Shown here piece by piece: positions 17,296-26,043 of a stretch of 31,516 nucleotides of DNA (its first letter is position 1; the number at the start of each line of letters is the position of its first letter). Source of the DNA: Candidatus Thermosaccharophagus tengchongensis. Its GTDB lineage: Bacteria > Armatimonadota > Fervidibacteria > Fervidibacterales > Thermosaccharophagaceae. The DNA lies in assembly GCA_032161105.1 (NCBI GenBank), contig JAVHTD010000029.1, one strand, 5' to 3'. The notes beneath the pieces were generated by a model. It did no database searches. It saw only the letters and a program-made list of their open reading frames with translations, and was not told where the DNA came from. A program made the translations under genes and the position numbers.

Positions 17296-18282
17296 TCACT
17301 TTTTTGGGATTGGGAAGATGCCCTTCTTCAAAGCCTCTTGCAGCATTGTGCTCCATTGCTGTATTGCCGCTGCTGTAGCAGCGTTGATAACTTCTGTAAC
17401 AGTGCGCTTACCGTTGATCTTCCACGAAAGACCTTCGCGTGTGCAGATGAAAGGCGCTTCAAACTCAAGCTTTATCGGTGATGCGATCTTGAACTTCACC
17501 TTCACAGTTGCTTCCGACCCTTTTATTTCCGCCCCGCCAACTTCAAACTCCACATTCTGCAGCGGCGCAAATTGTGCCGTCCCACCAGCCTTCTCAATCT
17601 CCTCGCGATCGCTCTTCGTTACCAGAGCTTTGATTCTCTCGCTATCGCCAGCTTTAACTGCGCTCAGAAACTCATTGACCACCTTCTGTGGGCTTTGAAA
17701 CATCTTCGGGATCAGAATGAATGCGCCGGTGATTATGATGACCACAGCAGCACCCGCAAGCGCAAATGGGATTGTGCTTTTCAACCTAACCTTTGCCGGC
17801 GCGGCGGCAGCTGGTGCTCCCCTTACAGCCTTTGGCGTAGGTGCAACCTCAACTGGCGCGGCAGCTTTTGGCTTTTCCTTCGCTGCCTTCATTGGCTCAA
17901 CTGCCAACTCTGCAGTTTCAACGGCTCCTTCAGACAAGGATTCGCTCAAAGCTTCTGTAGGTAACTCTTCTGCGCCAGCCGCAACGCCAGCCTGTGCCTC
18001 TTCAACGATGGTTGTTGTTTCCGGCAGCGCGCCTTCAACAGCAGTTGTTGGAGTGGCTTCTGGTGCTTCCTCACCTACCGTTGCTGCTTCCGGCGGCATC
18101 TCTTGGACAGCAGTTGGGACAGTTTCCGAGGGCAGCATCCTTGGCTCCCTACCAGCTTCAGCTTCCCGCCTTCTACGAGCTATCTCATCGGCGACTTGAG
18201 GTGGATAAACCGGGTATGCGCAACGCCAACACGCAATCATGTGCTCCGCATTCTCAGCGTTGCATCTCGGGCACAGCGGCAT
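17296..18282 (-). CDS. Zinc-ribbon / acidic low-complexity linker / single TM / DUF4878-like (NTF2-like) membrane protein
   Basis: ATG 18282 follows GGAGGGAGG. CPRC...CWRC ribbon, E/A/P/T-rich linker, TM helix (IPFALAGAAVVIIITGAFILI), then SPQKVVNEFL.A...GD and ATVKV...WKI. Confidence 0.75.
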   Translation of the reverse strand: MPLCPRCNAENAEHMIACWRCAYPVYPPQVADEIARRRREAEAGREPRMLPSETVPTAVQEMPPEAATVGEEAPEATPTTAVEGALPETTTIVEEAQAGVAAGAEELPTEALSESLSEGAVETAELAVEPMKAAKEKPKAAAPVEVAPTPKAVRGAPAAAAPAKVRLKSTIPFALAGAAVVIIITGAFILIPKMFQSPQKVVNEFLSAVKAGDSERIKALVTKSDREEIEKAGGTAQFAPLQNVEFEVGGAEIKGSEATVKVKFKIASPIKLEFEAPFICTREGLSWKINGKRTVTEVINAATAAAIQQWSTMLQEALKKGIFPIPKK

Positions 18283-18573
18283 GTTACATCCTCCCTCCGG
18301 AAGCTTCTCTGTAACTGCCTTGCTCAAATGCATTATGCATGCGAATGCGGAATCAGGGCAATAGCTATGCCGACAAACCAGCCCACAGCCAGTTCTGAGA
18401 TGTGTTAGCATCATTGAAGGTGATGGAACTGCACTGTGAAGCTCACATGGCGCTTTATTGCGATTCTTTAGGGGCGGTCATGCAGCCATCATCAAAGTGC
18501 GTTCGGCATCGGTGGCTATTTCATCTTGAGCGATGATTAAGGTCATCGCAATAGCGAAGACGAGGTGGCTTTG

Positions 18574-19275
18574 ATGGCGTCATTTGAGACGGAGCTGCCG
18601 TTGCTTGAGATTGGCAATGTGCTCTTCCCGCATGCCAGAGTGATGATAGAGGTGAAGGAAAGGCGAAGCGAATTGATGGTGACAAGCTGCTTGGCAAGGC
18701 GCATGCTGTTTGGTGTTGTGCTTGCATGCCCTGATGGCATTCATGTGCTTGCTGAGCGAAAGACCGCTGGAACTGCTGCAAGCATCATCTATGTCGAACG
18801 CTCACCTGATGGCATACTTTTGGTGCTCACGCGCGGGTATAGGAGATTTCGCGTCCTTGAAATAATGCGTGAGGAGCCATACCCAATTGCGAGGGTGCAA
18901 TTCCCATCCGGGTTCATAACTCTTCACAGTGGCATGTTGGCGCTATCAAATCGCGTTGCTGCTACATTTCAACGCTATGTTGAGCTTGTCTATGAGCCGC
19001 GAGTTTTTGGACAGCGTGAGTTTGCCCTGCCAACGAGCCCGCTTGATTTAGCCTTCGCGGCTGCTGCCATGCTGCGCATCCCGCCGTCGGAGAAGCAAAT
19101 GCTCCTTGAAATTTTTAACACCCATGAGCTGTTGGCATCTCTGCTCAAGATACTGCAGCGTGAGATAGCCCGACTGAATTCCGACGAGGATTACAAATTG
19201 CGTGTGCGCAGCGAGGCAGCCGTTGCCTTCCACATGATGTCGCCGATGGATTTCATCAACGGTGGAAGTGCATGA
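18574..19275 (+). CDS. Stand-alone Lon protease N-terminal substrate-binding domain protein
   Basis: LPLLEIGNVLFPH, FGVVL, GTAASI, G.RRFRV...EPY..A.V and EKQ.LLE; no AAA+ or protease domain. GAGGTGG RBS. Confidence 0.85.
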   Translation: MASFETELPLLEIGNVLFPHARVMIEVKERRSELMVTSCLARRMLFGVVLACPDGIHVLAERKTAGTAASIIYVERSPDGILLVLTRGYRRFRVLEIMREEPYPIARVQFPSGFITLHSGMLALSNRVAATFQRYVELVYEPRVFGQREFALPTSPLDLAFAAAAMLRIPPSEKQMLLEIFNTHELLASLLKILQREIARLNSDEDYKLRVRSEAAVAFHMMSPMDFINGGSA

Positions 19276-19314
19276 AATGCATCCACGGATGTGGACTGGA
19301 TGCCATCCATGCAC
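19268..19314. terminator. Long inverted repeat between convergent genes; possible bidirectional terminator or RNA-stabilising hairpin
   Basis: Arms GTGCATGAAATGCATCCA and TGGATGCCATCCATGCAC pair at 15 of 18 positions around an 11 nt loop. No U-tract on either side. Confidence 0.45.
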
Positions 19315-19322
19315 GGTCTAAA

Positions 19323-20171
19323 TCACATTCTCACTTCGCGGCGAAGCCTTTCCTCAATGGCGCTGAAAAGTTGTTGATGAGCCCCGCATAATTCGTAGTC
19401 GCCATTGAGCTGTGCTTTGAGCATCTCATGTTGCCAGTGGGCATTGTAAAGCCTGCAGGAGGCATCATGACAAAATGGGACGAGGGTCGCATGGTATGCA
19501 ATGGCTTGTAACAGATAGCCCTTTGCCACATCCGTTAAACGCTCATCCTCTAAGCCGGTGAGCGCGTATTTGCGCAAGGTCGGTGCAACTGCCTCAGCTG
19601 TCAGTCCGCTCTCAATGGCATTCATCATCCGCTTGAGGATGTAGAACTCCTTCGGCTTAGCTGGCGCTTCAATTAAGCCGCGGAGTGAGATGATGTTTGG
19701 GAAGCCAAGTGCGATGGTGCGTGCGTGCCACCTTTTGGAGTGTGTCTCAAATGTGCCGATGAGCAGCTTCGTCACAACCACATGCACATTGGTGAGGTTG
19801 CGCTCCTCGCTCGGTATCAGCTTCCAATAGACATTTTGCAGGTGATGTGCGCTGTAGAAGGCGCCAAGCAAATTTGGCATGTCATACGCCAAGCGCCTGT
19901 ATTCGTAGTCAATCTCGGCATTGAATGGCTCCCCAACAACCTCATCGGCATCTATGCGGAAGACCCTCGCAGCTGCCACTGATGAGGCGAATTCGTAAAG
20001 TGCCTCATCGGCGCTCAAGAAGTGCCTCGCAGGCTCATCACGCACTTCCACGCGAAGTGACGGGAGCAACGATGCAATGTAGTTGGCAAGCTCAATGCTG
20101 TCAAGCGCCGTGCCGGATACATCAAGGTAAAGTTTCAGACACAGCGGGAGATGATAGATGGGCAGTTGCAT
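19323..20171 (-). CDS. DUF6775-like putative metallopeptidase
   Basis: RWHAR, IISL.GLIEAPAKPKEFY, DERLTDVAKGYLLQA, PFCHDASCRLYNAHWQ and LCGAH, as I recall for DUF6775. Confidence 0.75.
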   Translation of the reverse strand: MQLPIYHLPLCLKLYLDVSGTALDSIELANYIASLLPSLRVEVRDEPARHFLSADEALYEFASSVAAARVFRIDADEVVGEPFNAEIDYEYRRLAYDMPNLLGAFYSAHHLQNVYWKLIPSEERNLTNVHVVVTKLLIGTFETHSKRWHARTIALGFPNIISLRGLIEAPAKPKEFYILKRMMNAIESGLTAEAVAPTLRKYALTGLEDERLTDVAKGYLLQAIAYHATLVPFCHDASCRLYNAHWQHEMLKAQLNGDYELCGAHQQLFSAIEERLRREVRM

Positions 20172-20220
20172 GTGGCATTACTCCCACGGCATTTTATGGG
20201 CATTTGATGTTGACCCGCAA

Positions 20221-21033
20221 TCAGGGTGAACGCTTCTTCACAGCTTCCTCAACCTGCATCTGCTTCAAGATAATGTCGGCGGCACGCTTTCCAGAGAGCA
20301 ACATCGCTCCAAATGTTGGTCCCATCCTCGGCAGCCCATAGACTGTGGTGACTGCCATGCCGCAGACGATTAAACCGGGGTAGACTTCACCAGTGTGCTC
20401 AACAACTAAGTCCTCGCTTCGCTCAACCCACATAGCTCCATAGCCACGAAGTTTTATTAAGCCTCTCTCCTCAAGCCTTCGGCAGACTGCAGCATCATGC
20501 CCGGTTGCGTCAACTACAAATTTGGACTCAATCGCCACGGGGTCAACGCAAGTTATTTCCCTCGGGAGAGCTGTGATTGGAGTCCAGTTAATTACAGCCC
20601 CCGCAATGCGCTCGTCTCGTATGACAGCATCTTCAAACACGGTCATTTGCAGGAACTTGACACCAGCATCACACGCAGCTGCGATGAGCTTTGAACATGC
20701 ATGCGGACCGTCGGTGACAAACAACCCCGGTGAGTGCTCAATGTATGGAATGCCGAGTTCATCCAAGACTTCATTGGCGGGTGCTCGGAATGTCACTTTG
20801 TTCATCAGGTAGCCGCCAATCCAGAAGCCACCACCGAGGTAATTGTTGCGCTCAATGAGCAGCACTTTTACGCCGTTGCTTGCAAGCTGCCTTGCAGCCA
20901 TGAGACCGGCTGGTCCGCCGCCGACTATTATCACATCGGATTCAACATAGGCGCTGAGCTGACTGGCAAACTGCTCAATTATAGCCCTCGTTATCTCGCG
21001 CTCACCTACATCGGAGAATATTGGCTTTGTCAC
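20221..21033 (-). CDS. thi4: Thiazole biosynthetic enzyme Thi4 (adenosine diphosphate thiazole synthase), Cys-type
   Basis: [29 protein letters not shown]...[17 protein letters not shown] and [19 protein letters not shown] 21033 follows AGGGGGTG; the ORF track starts at 21105. Confidence 0.95.
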   Translation of the reverse strand: MTKPIFSDVGEREITRAIIEQFASQLSAYVESDVIIVGGGPAGLMAARQLASNGVKVLLIERNNYLGGGFWIGGYLMNKVTFRAPANEVLDELGIPYIEHSPGLFVTDGPHACSKLIAAACDAGVKFLQMTVFEDAVIRDERIAGAVINWTPITALPREITCVDPVAIESKFVVDATGHDAAVCRRLEERGLIKLRGYGAMWVERSEDLVVEHTGEVYPGLIVCGMAVTTVYGLPRMGPTFGAMLLSGKRAADIILKQMQVEEAVKKRSP

Positions 21034-21268
21034 TCGGCTTTCACCCCCCTGACCATCTTGGCAGGTTGCCCAACTGGTGGGCTTCTTGGCATGAGCCGGT
21101 GGCATGCTATTTTCTGGCTGCGCTTGCTATGCACCCTCCATTAAAACTTGTGTGCCGCTGCCGTTTGGAGCCGACATTGTGACGATAGGATAAACGCCAC
21201 ATCGGCAGGGTCATAAGTATAGCGTAGCACGACCTTTTGTCACGGCAAGCCCATGGGAACTAAAACAG

Positions 21269-22600
21269 CTATATTGCTTCGGCAAGCTTGAGGAGGTCTT
21301 CAATGAGGTTTACATCGCCATTAGCTTTGTGCTCGCCACCCTCTCCTGAACTCCATTCAGGCTGGGTTTGTTGTCCCTCCGGCACACTTGGAGGTGCATT
21401 CTGCGCTTGAGGAGTTTCATTAGCGTTCATCGCAACTGACTGGTTGGGCATTCTTGAGCGCAAGGATGCCAAGCGAGTTTGAGCGTATGCGCGCAGTGAT
21501 GTCGGATAAGTGGAGTGCTCCGCAATGGCTGCATAAAGTTCGTTAGCGAGCTGACTATCACCGTCTGACTCACACACTTGTGCAACCCAAGCGATGAGCC
21601 TGACATCATTCAGCGTTTTCAACTCAGACGCGATTTGCTCCGCCACCGATTTTGCGAGCAGCCATTCGCCCATCCTTTCGTAGCTCATCTTCAGCAGGCA
21701 GAGTGCACGATATCGTGTCGGCTCACCTACAGCAGTTTTGCGAATCAATTCTGTGAGGCGTTCCACTGCATGTGATAACTTCCCGGCGCTTGTAAACTGC
21801 TTGACATCGGTCAAGGGAAGGCTTAAGAGCTCCTCACTTAGGGCACCGGCCGAGATGGTTGGAGTTACACTCTTTGGCTCAGCCGCAATGGCAGTTGGCA
21901 GCGTTCTCAAGCTGGAGACACTTAACGCCATCTCGGAAGCGCTGCCAATGGCATTCACATCTGAGCGTGCAATGGTAACCGTGTTACCAGATAGAGTTGG
22001 CTTAACCATCGGGCAGTATACCCGATGGGTTATCAAACCTTTACCGCCGTAGCGAGTTGAGTTTGCGTTACTTCCGCGATGCACATGGGTTGAAGCAGCC
22101 AATGCCTCCTTAGGTTTTGCGGCGGCAATTTGGATGTGATTTTGCGGTGAGCCAATTGGTGGCTCTTCAACATGGAGCGGTGTCAAATCCGCCATTGTAA
22201 CGCGCGTTGGATGGGGGTTGTTCGTGTTGCTTATTGTCATCTTGAAAGCCATCCAGCCGGCGTAGAAGGCGATGATCAGGATGAATGCATATGCTGGTGC
22301 ACGAACAAATTGCAACAACGGATGCCCGAAGATGCCACTTAGATGGGCAGTCGCGCCTTTTTGAGCTTGTAGCTGTCTGATGCGTTCAAGCGTCCTCTCG
22401 GTAAAGTCTGGCGGCGCCGGTATGTATGGCATTGAGCGCAAAACGGAGCACAGCCACTTCTGCCATTTGAATTCGTTCATGCAACCCTTGCAGTGATTAA
22501 GGTGGTGCTCAACCCTTGCTGCAGTTGCCTCATCCAACTCGCCATCTATGAGCAGCGGAATGAGCTCACGATACTTTCGGCACTGTCCCTTCATGCGCAT
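21269..22600 (-). CDS. Zinc-finger (zf-HC2/ZAS) transmembrane anti-sigma factor with helical TPR-like C-terminus
   Basis: C...LI...IDGEL...EHHLNHCKGC (HxxxCxxC), a TM helix near aa 100-120 and a helical-repeat-like C-terminus; lies directly downstream of the ECF sigma gene. Confidence 0.88.
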   Translation of the reverse strand: MRMKGQCRKYRELIPLLIDGELDEATAARVEHHLNHCKGCMNEFKWQKWLCSVLRSMPYIPAPPDFTERTLERIRQLQAQKGATAHLSGIFGHPLLQFVRAPAYAFILIIAFYAGWMAFKMTISNTNNPHPTRVTMADLTPLHVEEPPIGSPQNHIQIAAAKPKEALAASTHVHRGSNANSTRYGGKGLITHRVYCPMVKPTLSGNTVTIARSDVNAIGSASEMALSVSSLRTLPTAIAAEPKSVTPTISAGALSEELLSLPLTDVKQFTSAGKLSHAVERLTELIRKTAVGEPTRYRALCLLKMSYERMGEWLLAKSVAEQIASELKTLNDVRLIAWVAQVCESDGDSQLANELYAAIAEHSTYPTSLRAYAQTRLASLRSRMPNQSVAMNANETPQAQNAPPSVPEGQQTQPEWSSGEGGEHKANGDVNLIEDLLKLAEAI

Positions 22601-22624
22601 GTTTGATGCCCTCTCAGCGGATGC

Positions 22625-23278
22625 TCAGCGCTCCTCTTTTTCCCTTTGGTGCTTGCCGAACCAGTAGCTTTTGAGCTTTTCTTTGAGCATGCGGCGTGCT
22701 CTAAAGACCTGCGACTTTAAAGTCCCAACAGGTATGTTGAGGATGCGTGCAGCCTCATCGTAACTGAGTTGGCGCATGTCGCACATGATAATGGCTGTGC
22801 GATAGATGTATGGCAGCTCATCAATTTTCTTCCGAACGATCTCACACAACTCCTCACGCAGTGCGGTTTCTTCAGGCGTCGGCATATCCTCATCGCAATC
22901 CAGCAACTCCTCCCAATTTCCCTCTTGGTCATCAAGCGACTCCCAAATAGCTCTATCGCGCTGGCGTATGAAATTCAAGCAGGCATTCTTGGTCACCCTG
23001 TAAAGCCATGTTGAAATGCGCGCGTCGCCGCGAAAGCTCCCAATTGCCCTATAGGCGTTGATGAAAACCTCCTGCGCAACATCTTCGGCATCTTCCGGAT
23101 TGCGCAACAGGTCATAGGCAAAGCTGTAGACCATATGCTTGTAAGTGTCTATGAACTCTCGCCATGCGTTCTCATCGCCGGCTTTGCATCTCCTGAGCAA
23201 CTCACGCTCGTGCTCGGGGATTGATGTGCCAATCCGTTCATCCCTTGTCAAACTGAGCCTGCTGACCAACGCTGCCAT
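22625..23278 (-). CDS. ECF RNA polymerase sigma factor (RpoE/SigW-like)
   Basis: GDENAW..FI..YK, DAEDVAQEVFI.AY, FRGDA..STWLYRV..N, and LSYDEAA.IL.IPVGTLKS..FRAR. ATG 23278 follows GGAGG. Confidence 0.95.
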   Translation of the reverse strand: MAALVSRLSLTRDERIGTSIPEHERELLRRCKAGDENAWREFIDTYKHMVYSFAYDLLRNPEDAEDVAQEVFINAYRAIGSFRGDARISTWLYRVTKNACLNFIRQRDRAIWESLDDQEGNWEELLDCDEDMPTPEETALREELCEIVRKKIDELPYIYRTAIIMCDMRQLSYDEAARILNIPVGTLKSQVFRARRMLKEKLKSYWFGKHQREKEER

Positions 23279-23356
23279 CTTGCCTCCGTTTCTTTGCCGC
23301 TGCCCCATTTTCACCACCAGCACATCTTCCCATTGTTGTGTATTTGAGTCACAACT

Positions 23357-23385
23357 TTAGACGCTTGCCGTGGAGTATTCGTTGC
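23357..23385 (-). promoter_or_regulatory. Candidate ECF-type (autoregulatory) promoter: -35 GCAAC, 17 nt, -10 CGTCTAA
   Basis: The minus strand reads GCAAC-gaatactccacggcaag-CGTCTAA about 80 bp upstream of the sigma start. This fits the general AAC...CGT / GTCTAA pattern of ECF promoters. Confidence 0.65.
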
Positions 23386-23472
23386 GCGTGCCAGCTCACA
23401 GCAGCTCGCTTTTACGCTACCGATATTTTGCCGTCCTTTGGACGGTGAGTGCTATCTTGGCTTGCGGGGCTT

Positions 23473-26040
23473 TCAAAAGATTTGACCGACACTCGTATCA
23501 AGCAATTGTGAGCGGTCGCTTGTCCCGAAGAACTGCCTGAACGCCGGAAATGCCTTGATGTTAAACTCAACTCGCCATTCCTTCGTCAGCGAGTTGTAGG
23601 TCAGGGCGAGTTCATAACAGTGGAGATCCCTCGTCAACCTCGCTTGGACATAGTCCATGCGCCTCATGATCCCGTTGTAACTTGAGAGCAGTTGCAGTCT
23701 CCACGCCTTACCAATTCGCCAATCAATGAATGAGCGCAGCAATGCGAACTTGTGCTCCATCGTGCTATAGCGTGTGCTCAAATTAATTCGCACACCCCAC
23801 CTCGGTAACTCTTCCATTTCACTCCATGCATGCTTTGAGTATGCCGAATACGCCGAGATGTATGAGGCACCATAGCCGTAATACGGCGATGGATATGGGG
23901 CATAGCCATTTGGTCGCCTCGCTGTGAGTAATCTTCCGGGCACTGCAATTGACGCCCACACAATGACATCCCTCATTTGACCGCGCTCAATGTCGTATCC
24001 GGTTGATGTTGCCAACCAGAGCCCGCTAAGCGGACGCCATTGCGTGCTCATGGCGATGTCCCTAAAAATGTTGTTTTGAATGTCCAAGCCGGTTGTAAGC
24101 GCAGCTTGAAAGCGCTCCGATGGCTCAATCAAGAGTTGTAAATCCGCCGATTCATAAGGCGGGCGCAGGTCAAATCTGAACGGTGTGTAGCCGTGTTGCT
24201 TTTGCAGGCGGTATCCAAAAAGCAGCCTGCTGCGCTGACCAATTGACCATTCAAGTTGGGTGAACATGCCGTATGTGTATTTGGCGGTGGCATCGTCATA
24301 AAAGCACTGCTCAAACTCACCTGATGCAGTCAGGTTTACTTGTCGTGAGAGCCTGATTTGGCAGTGCTGCAGCTGCGAAGCGAATGCAAGCCGAACACGC
24401 CTTACACCCTGCGGATGTTCAATGAGCCTTCCGAGAGCGAGTGAGAAGGAGATTGGAAGACCGCCTTGCAGAGATGCGCTGCGCCTTCGCAGACCAAAGT
24501 TAACTGTGATTTCCGGGAGCCTCTCCAACCCGAAGTATGTATCTGCGGTATTTCTCGCCTTGTCCAGATCAATGCGCTGTTCGTATGTGAGCATCCAATT
24601 GACAGCAGCGCCGCTGTGCCTTAATTCAAACCTGTGCTGCAGCTCCTCATCCGGTGCCATGCCTTCCCCAAAACCAACATAGCTTCTCTCAAACCGGCGG
24701 TATGTGCTCGTGAAGTTGGAGCTCCAACTTTTCCTCTGCCATGAATTGCGCAGCGCCATATAGGTGTCCTTCGTCTCGCCATAGCCAATGTAGCTTGACT
24801 GGCGCAAGTCAAACATGGTGTTAATGTCCTTTGCCATCCAGCGAATGGATGCCCCGAGGGTGCTTGTCCGAATGCGCTCAACGAAGTAGGCGCTGTTTGA
24901 GCGCGCCTCGTATTGTAAGTTGGCGGTGAGCGAACGCGAGAAACGAAGTGAGTGCCTGAAACTCCAATTGAGCTCGGTGCCACGATACCTATCGCGCATC
25001 CAGTAGAGTGAGAGCGCACCGATGGCGGCTTTCAAATTGTAGTCCTGCTCAATGCCGAGTCCGATGCCACGCTTCTCAGTCCATTCAAACCGCCCAATCC
25101 CAGTGAAGCGCTCATTTGCCATGTATGTGTGAGCGTATTTGAAGAACCAGCCCTCAATCTCATTTCTCCCGACATCGGGCATGATGGATGTCCGTCTCGG
25201 ACGCGGCTTTATTGAGACGGTCAGCGTGGGCAGCGTTACAAGCCTTCTCTCGCCAAGGTATACGCCGACACGCCTTGCAATGACTTTATCATTGGCGATT
25301 ATGCTCACCGAGTCAGACCTTAAGCTCCAGTGCGGCGCTTCCCTATCGCAAGATGTGAAGAGCGCCGACTTGAGCAATGCCGTATTTTCATGCCCCTCGG
25401 CGTAGGTCGCCCTCAGGTAGACTGGTTCGCTAACACCCTGCGGGAAGAAAGCCGGTTCAAGCCTCACGCGACCATCTCGCAACTCCAAACGCCTCTCCCT
25501 AATGTGGTAGTTCAACTCACCAGCGTAGAAGCTGAGGTTGGTTGCGCTTCCATTGACTCTCGGGAGCAGGCTCACAACGCCATCGTCCAACCTATACCGC
25601 GCCCTGCCTGCTCTGGCTATCAGGTCACGAACCTTTATCTCCACATCGCCACCTTTTGATTGGATGTCCCATTCATCCCCGCGGCGTTGCATGATCAATT
25701 CCGCATTCGGATTGGACACCTCTACGGAGCGCTCATCCGCAAAGCTGCTCACAGTTTGCTCACGGCTCGCCGGCTCGGGTTGAGCATCCCTTTTCCGTTC
25801 AATCTGAGAGGCGGGCGCTTCAAGTGTTTGATTTGCCTCAATCGCTTCAGCATGCTCTTGTGCGTTGCCCTGAGCGACTTCTGCGATGGCACCGCCAAAT
25901 TGCATGGCTAAGAGCATAGCGATGATCACGACGACGAGCGGTTTCAAGCTACGCACAAGATTGCCAATGGGCGCTCTTGCGGCAATGGTAACCTCAAGCG
26001 AATTGCATTCCCTCATTGCGCTCATCAAATTTCGTCCCAT
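23473..26040 (-). CDS. lptD: LptD-like outer-membrane LPS assembly beta-barrel protein
   Basis: Signal-like hydrophobic segment, beta-jellyroll region with FTSCDREAPHWSL, alternating aromatic beta-strands and C-terminal RDLHCYE...FNIKAFP; adjacent to lptF/G. Confidence 0.8.
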   Translation of the reverse strand: MGRNLMSAMRECNSLEVTIAARAPIGNLVRSLKPLVVVIIAMLLAMQFGGAIAEVAQGNAQEHAEAIEANQTLEAPASQIERKRDAQPEPASREQTVSSFADERSVEVSNPNAELIMQRRGDEWDIQSKGGDVEIKVRDLIARAGRARYRLDDGVVSLLPRVNGSATNLSFYAGELNYHIRERRLELRDGRVRLEPAFFPQGVSEPVYLRATYAEGHENTALLKSALFTSCDREAPHWSLRSDSVSIIANDKVIARRVGVYLGERRLVTLPTLTVSIKPRPRRTSIMPDVGRNEIEGWFFKYAHTYMANERFTGIGRFEWTEKRGIGLGIEQDYNLKAAIGALSLYWMRDRYRGTELNWSFRHSLRFSRSLTANLQYEARSNSAYFVERIRTSTLGASIRWMAKDINTMFDLRQSSYIGYGETKDTYMALRNSWQRKSWSSNFTSTYRRFERSYVGFGEGMAPDEELQHRFELRHSGAAVNWMLTYEQRIDLDKARNTADTYFGLERLPEITVNFGLRRRSASLQGGLPISFSLALGRLIEHPQGVRRVRLAFASQLQHCQIRLSRQVNLTASGEFEQCFYDDATAKYTYGMFTQLEWSIGQRSRLLFGYRLQKQHGYTPFRFDLRPPYESADLQLLIEPSERFQAALTTGLDIQNNIFRDIAMSTQWRPLSGLWLATSTGYDIERGQMRDVIVWASIAVPGRLLTARRPNGYAPYPSPYYGYGASYISAYSAYSKHAWSEMEELPRWGVRINLSTRYSTMEHKFALLRSFIDWRIGKAWRLQLLSSYNGIMRRMDYVQARLTRDLHCYELALTYNSLTKEWRVEFNIKAFPAFRQFFGTSDRSQLLDTSVGQIF

Positions 26041-26043
26041 GCA

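Noticed and set aside
18283..18414. Cys/His-rich N-terminal extension of the Zn-ribbon ORF, and the upstream extensions of thi4 (21034-21105) and the GH-like gene (1051-1134)
   Set aside because: Strong RBSs sit just before the downstream starts, so these extensions are most likely ORF-caller overreach.
21034..21268. TPP riboswitch upstream of thi4
   Set aside because: No CTGAGA core or other TPP aptamer motif on the minus strand.
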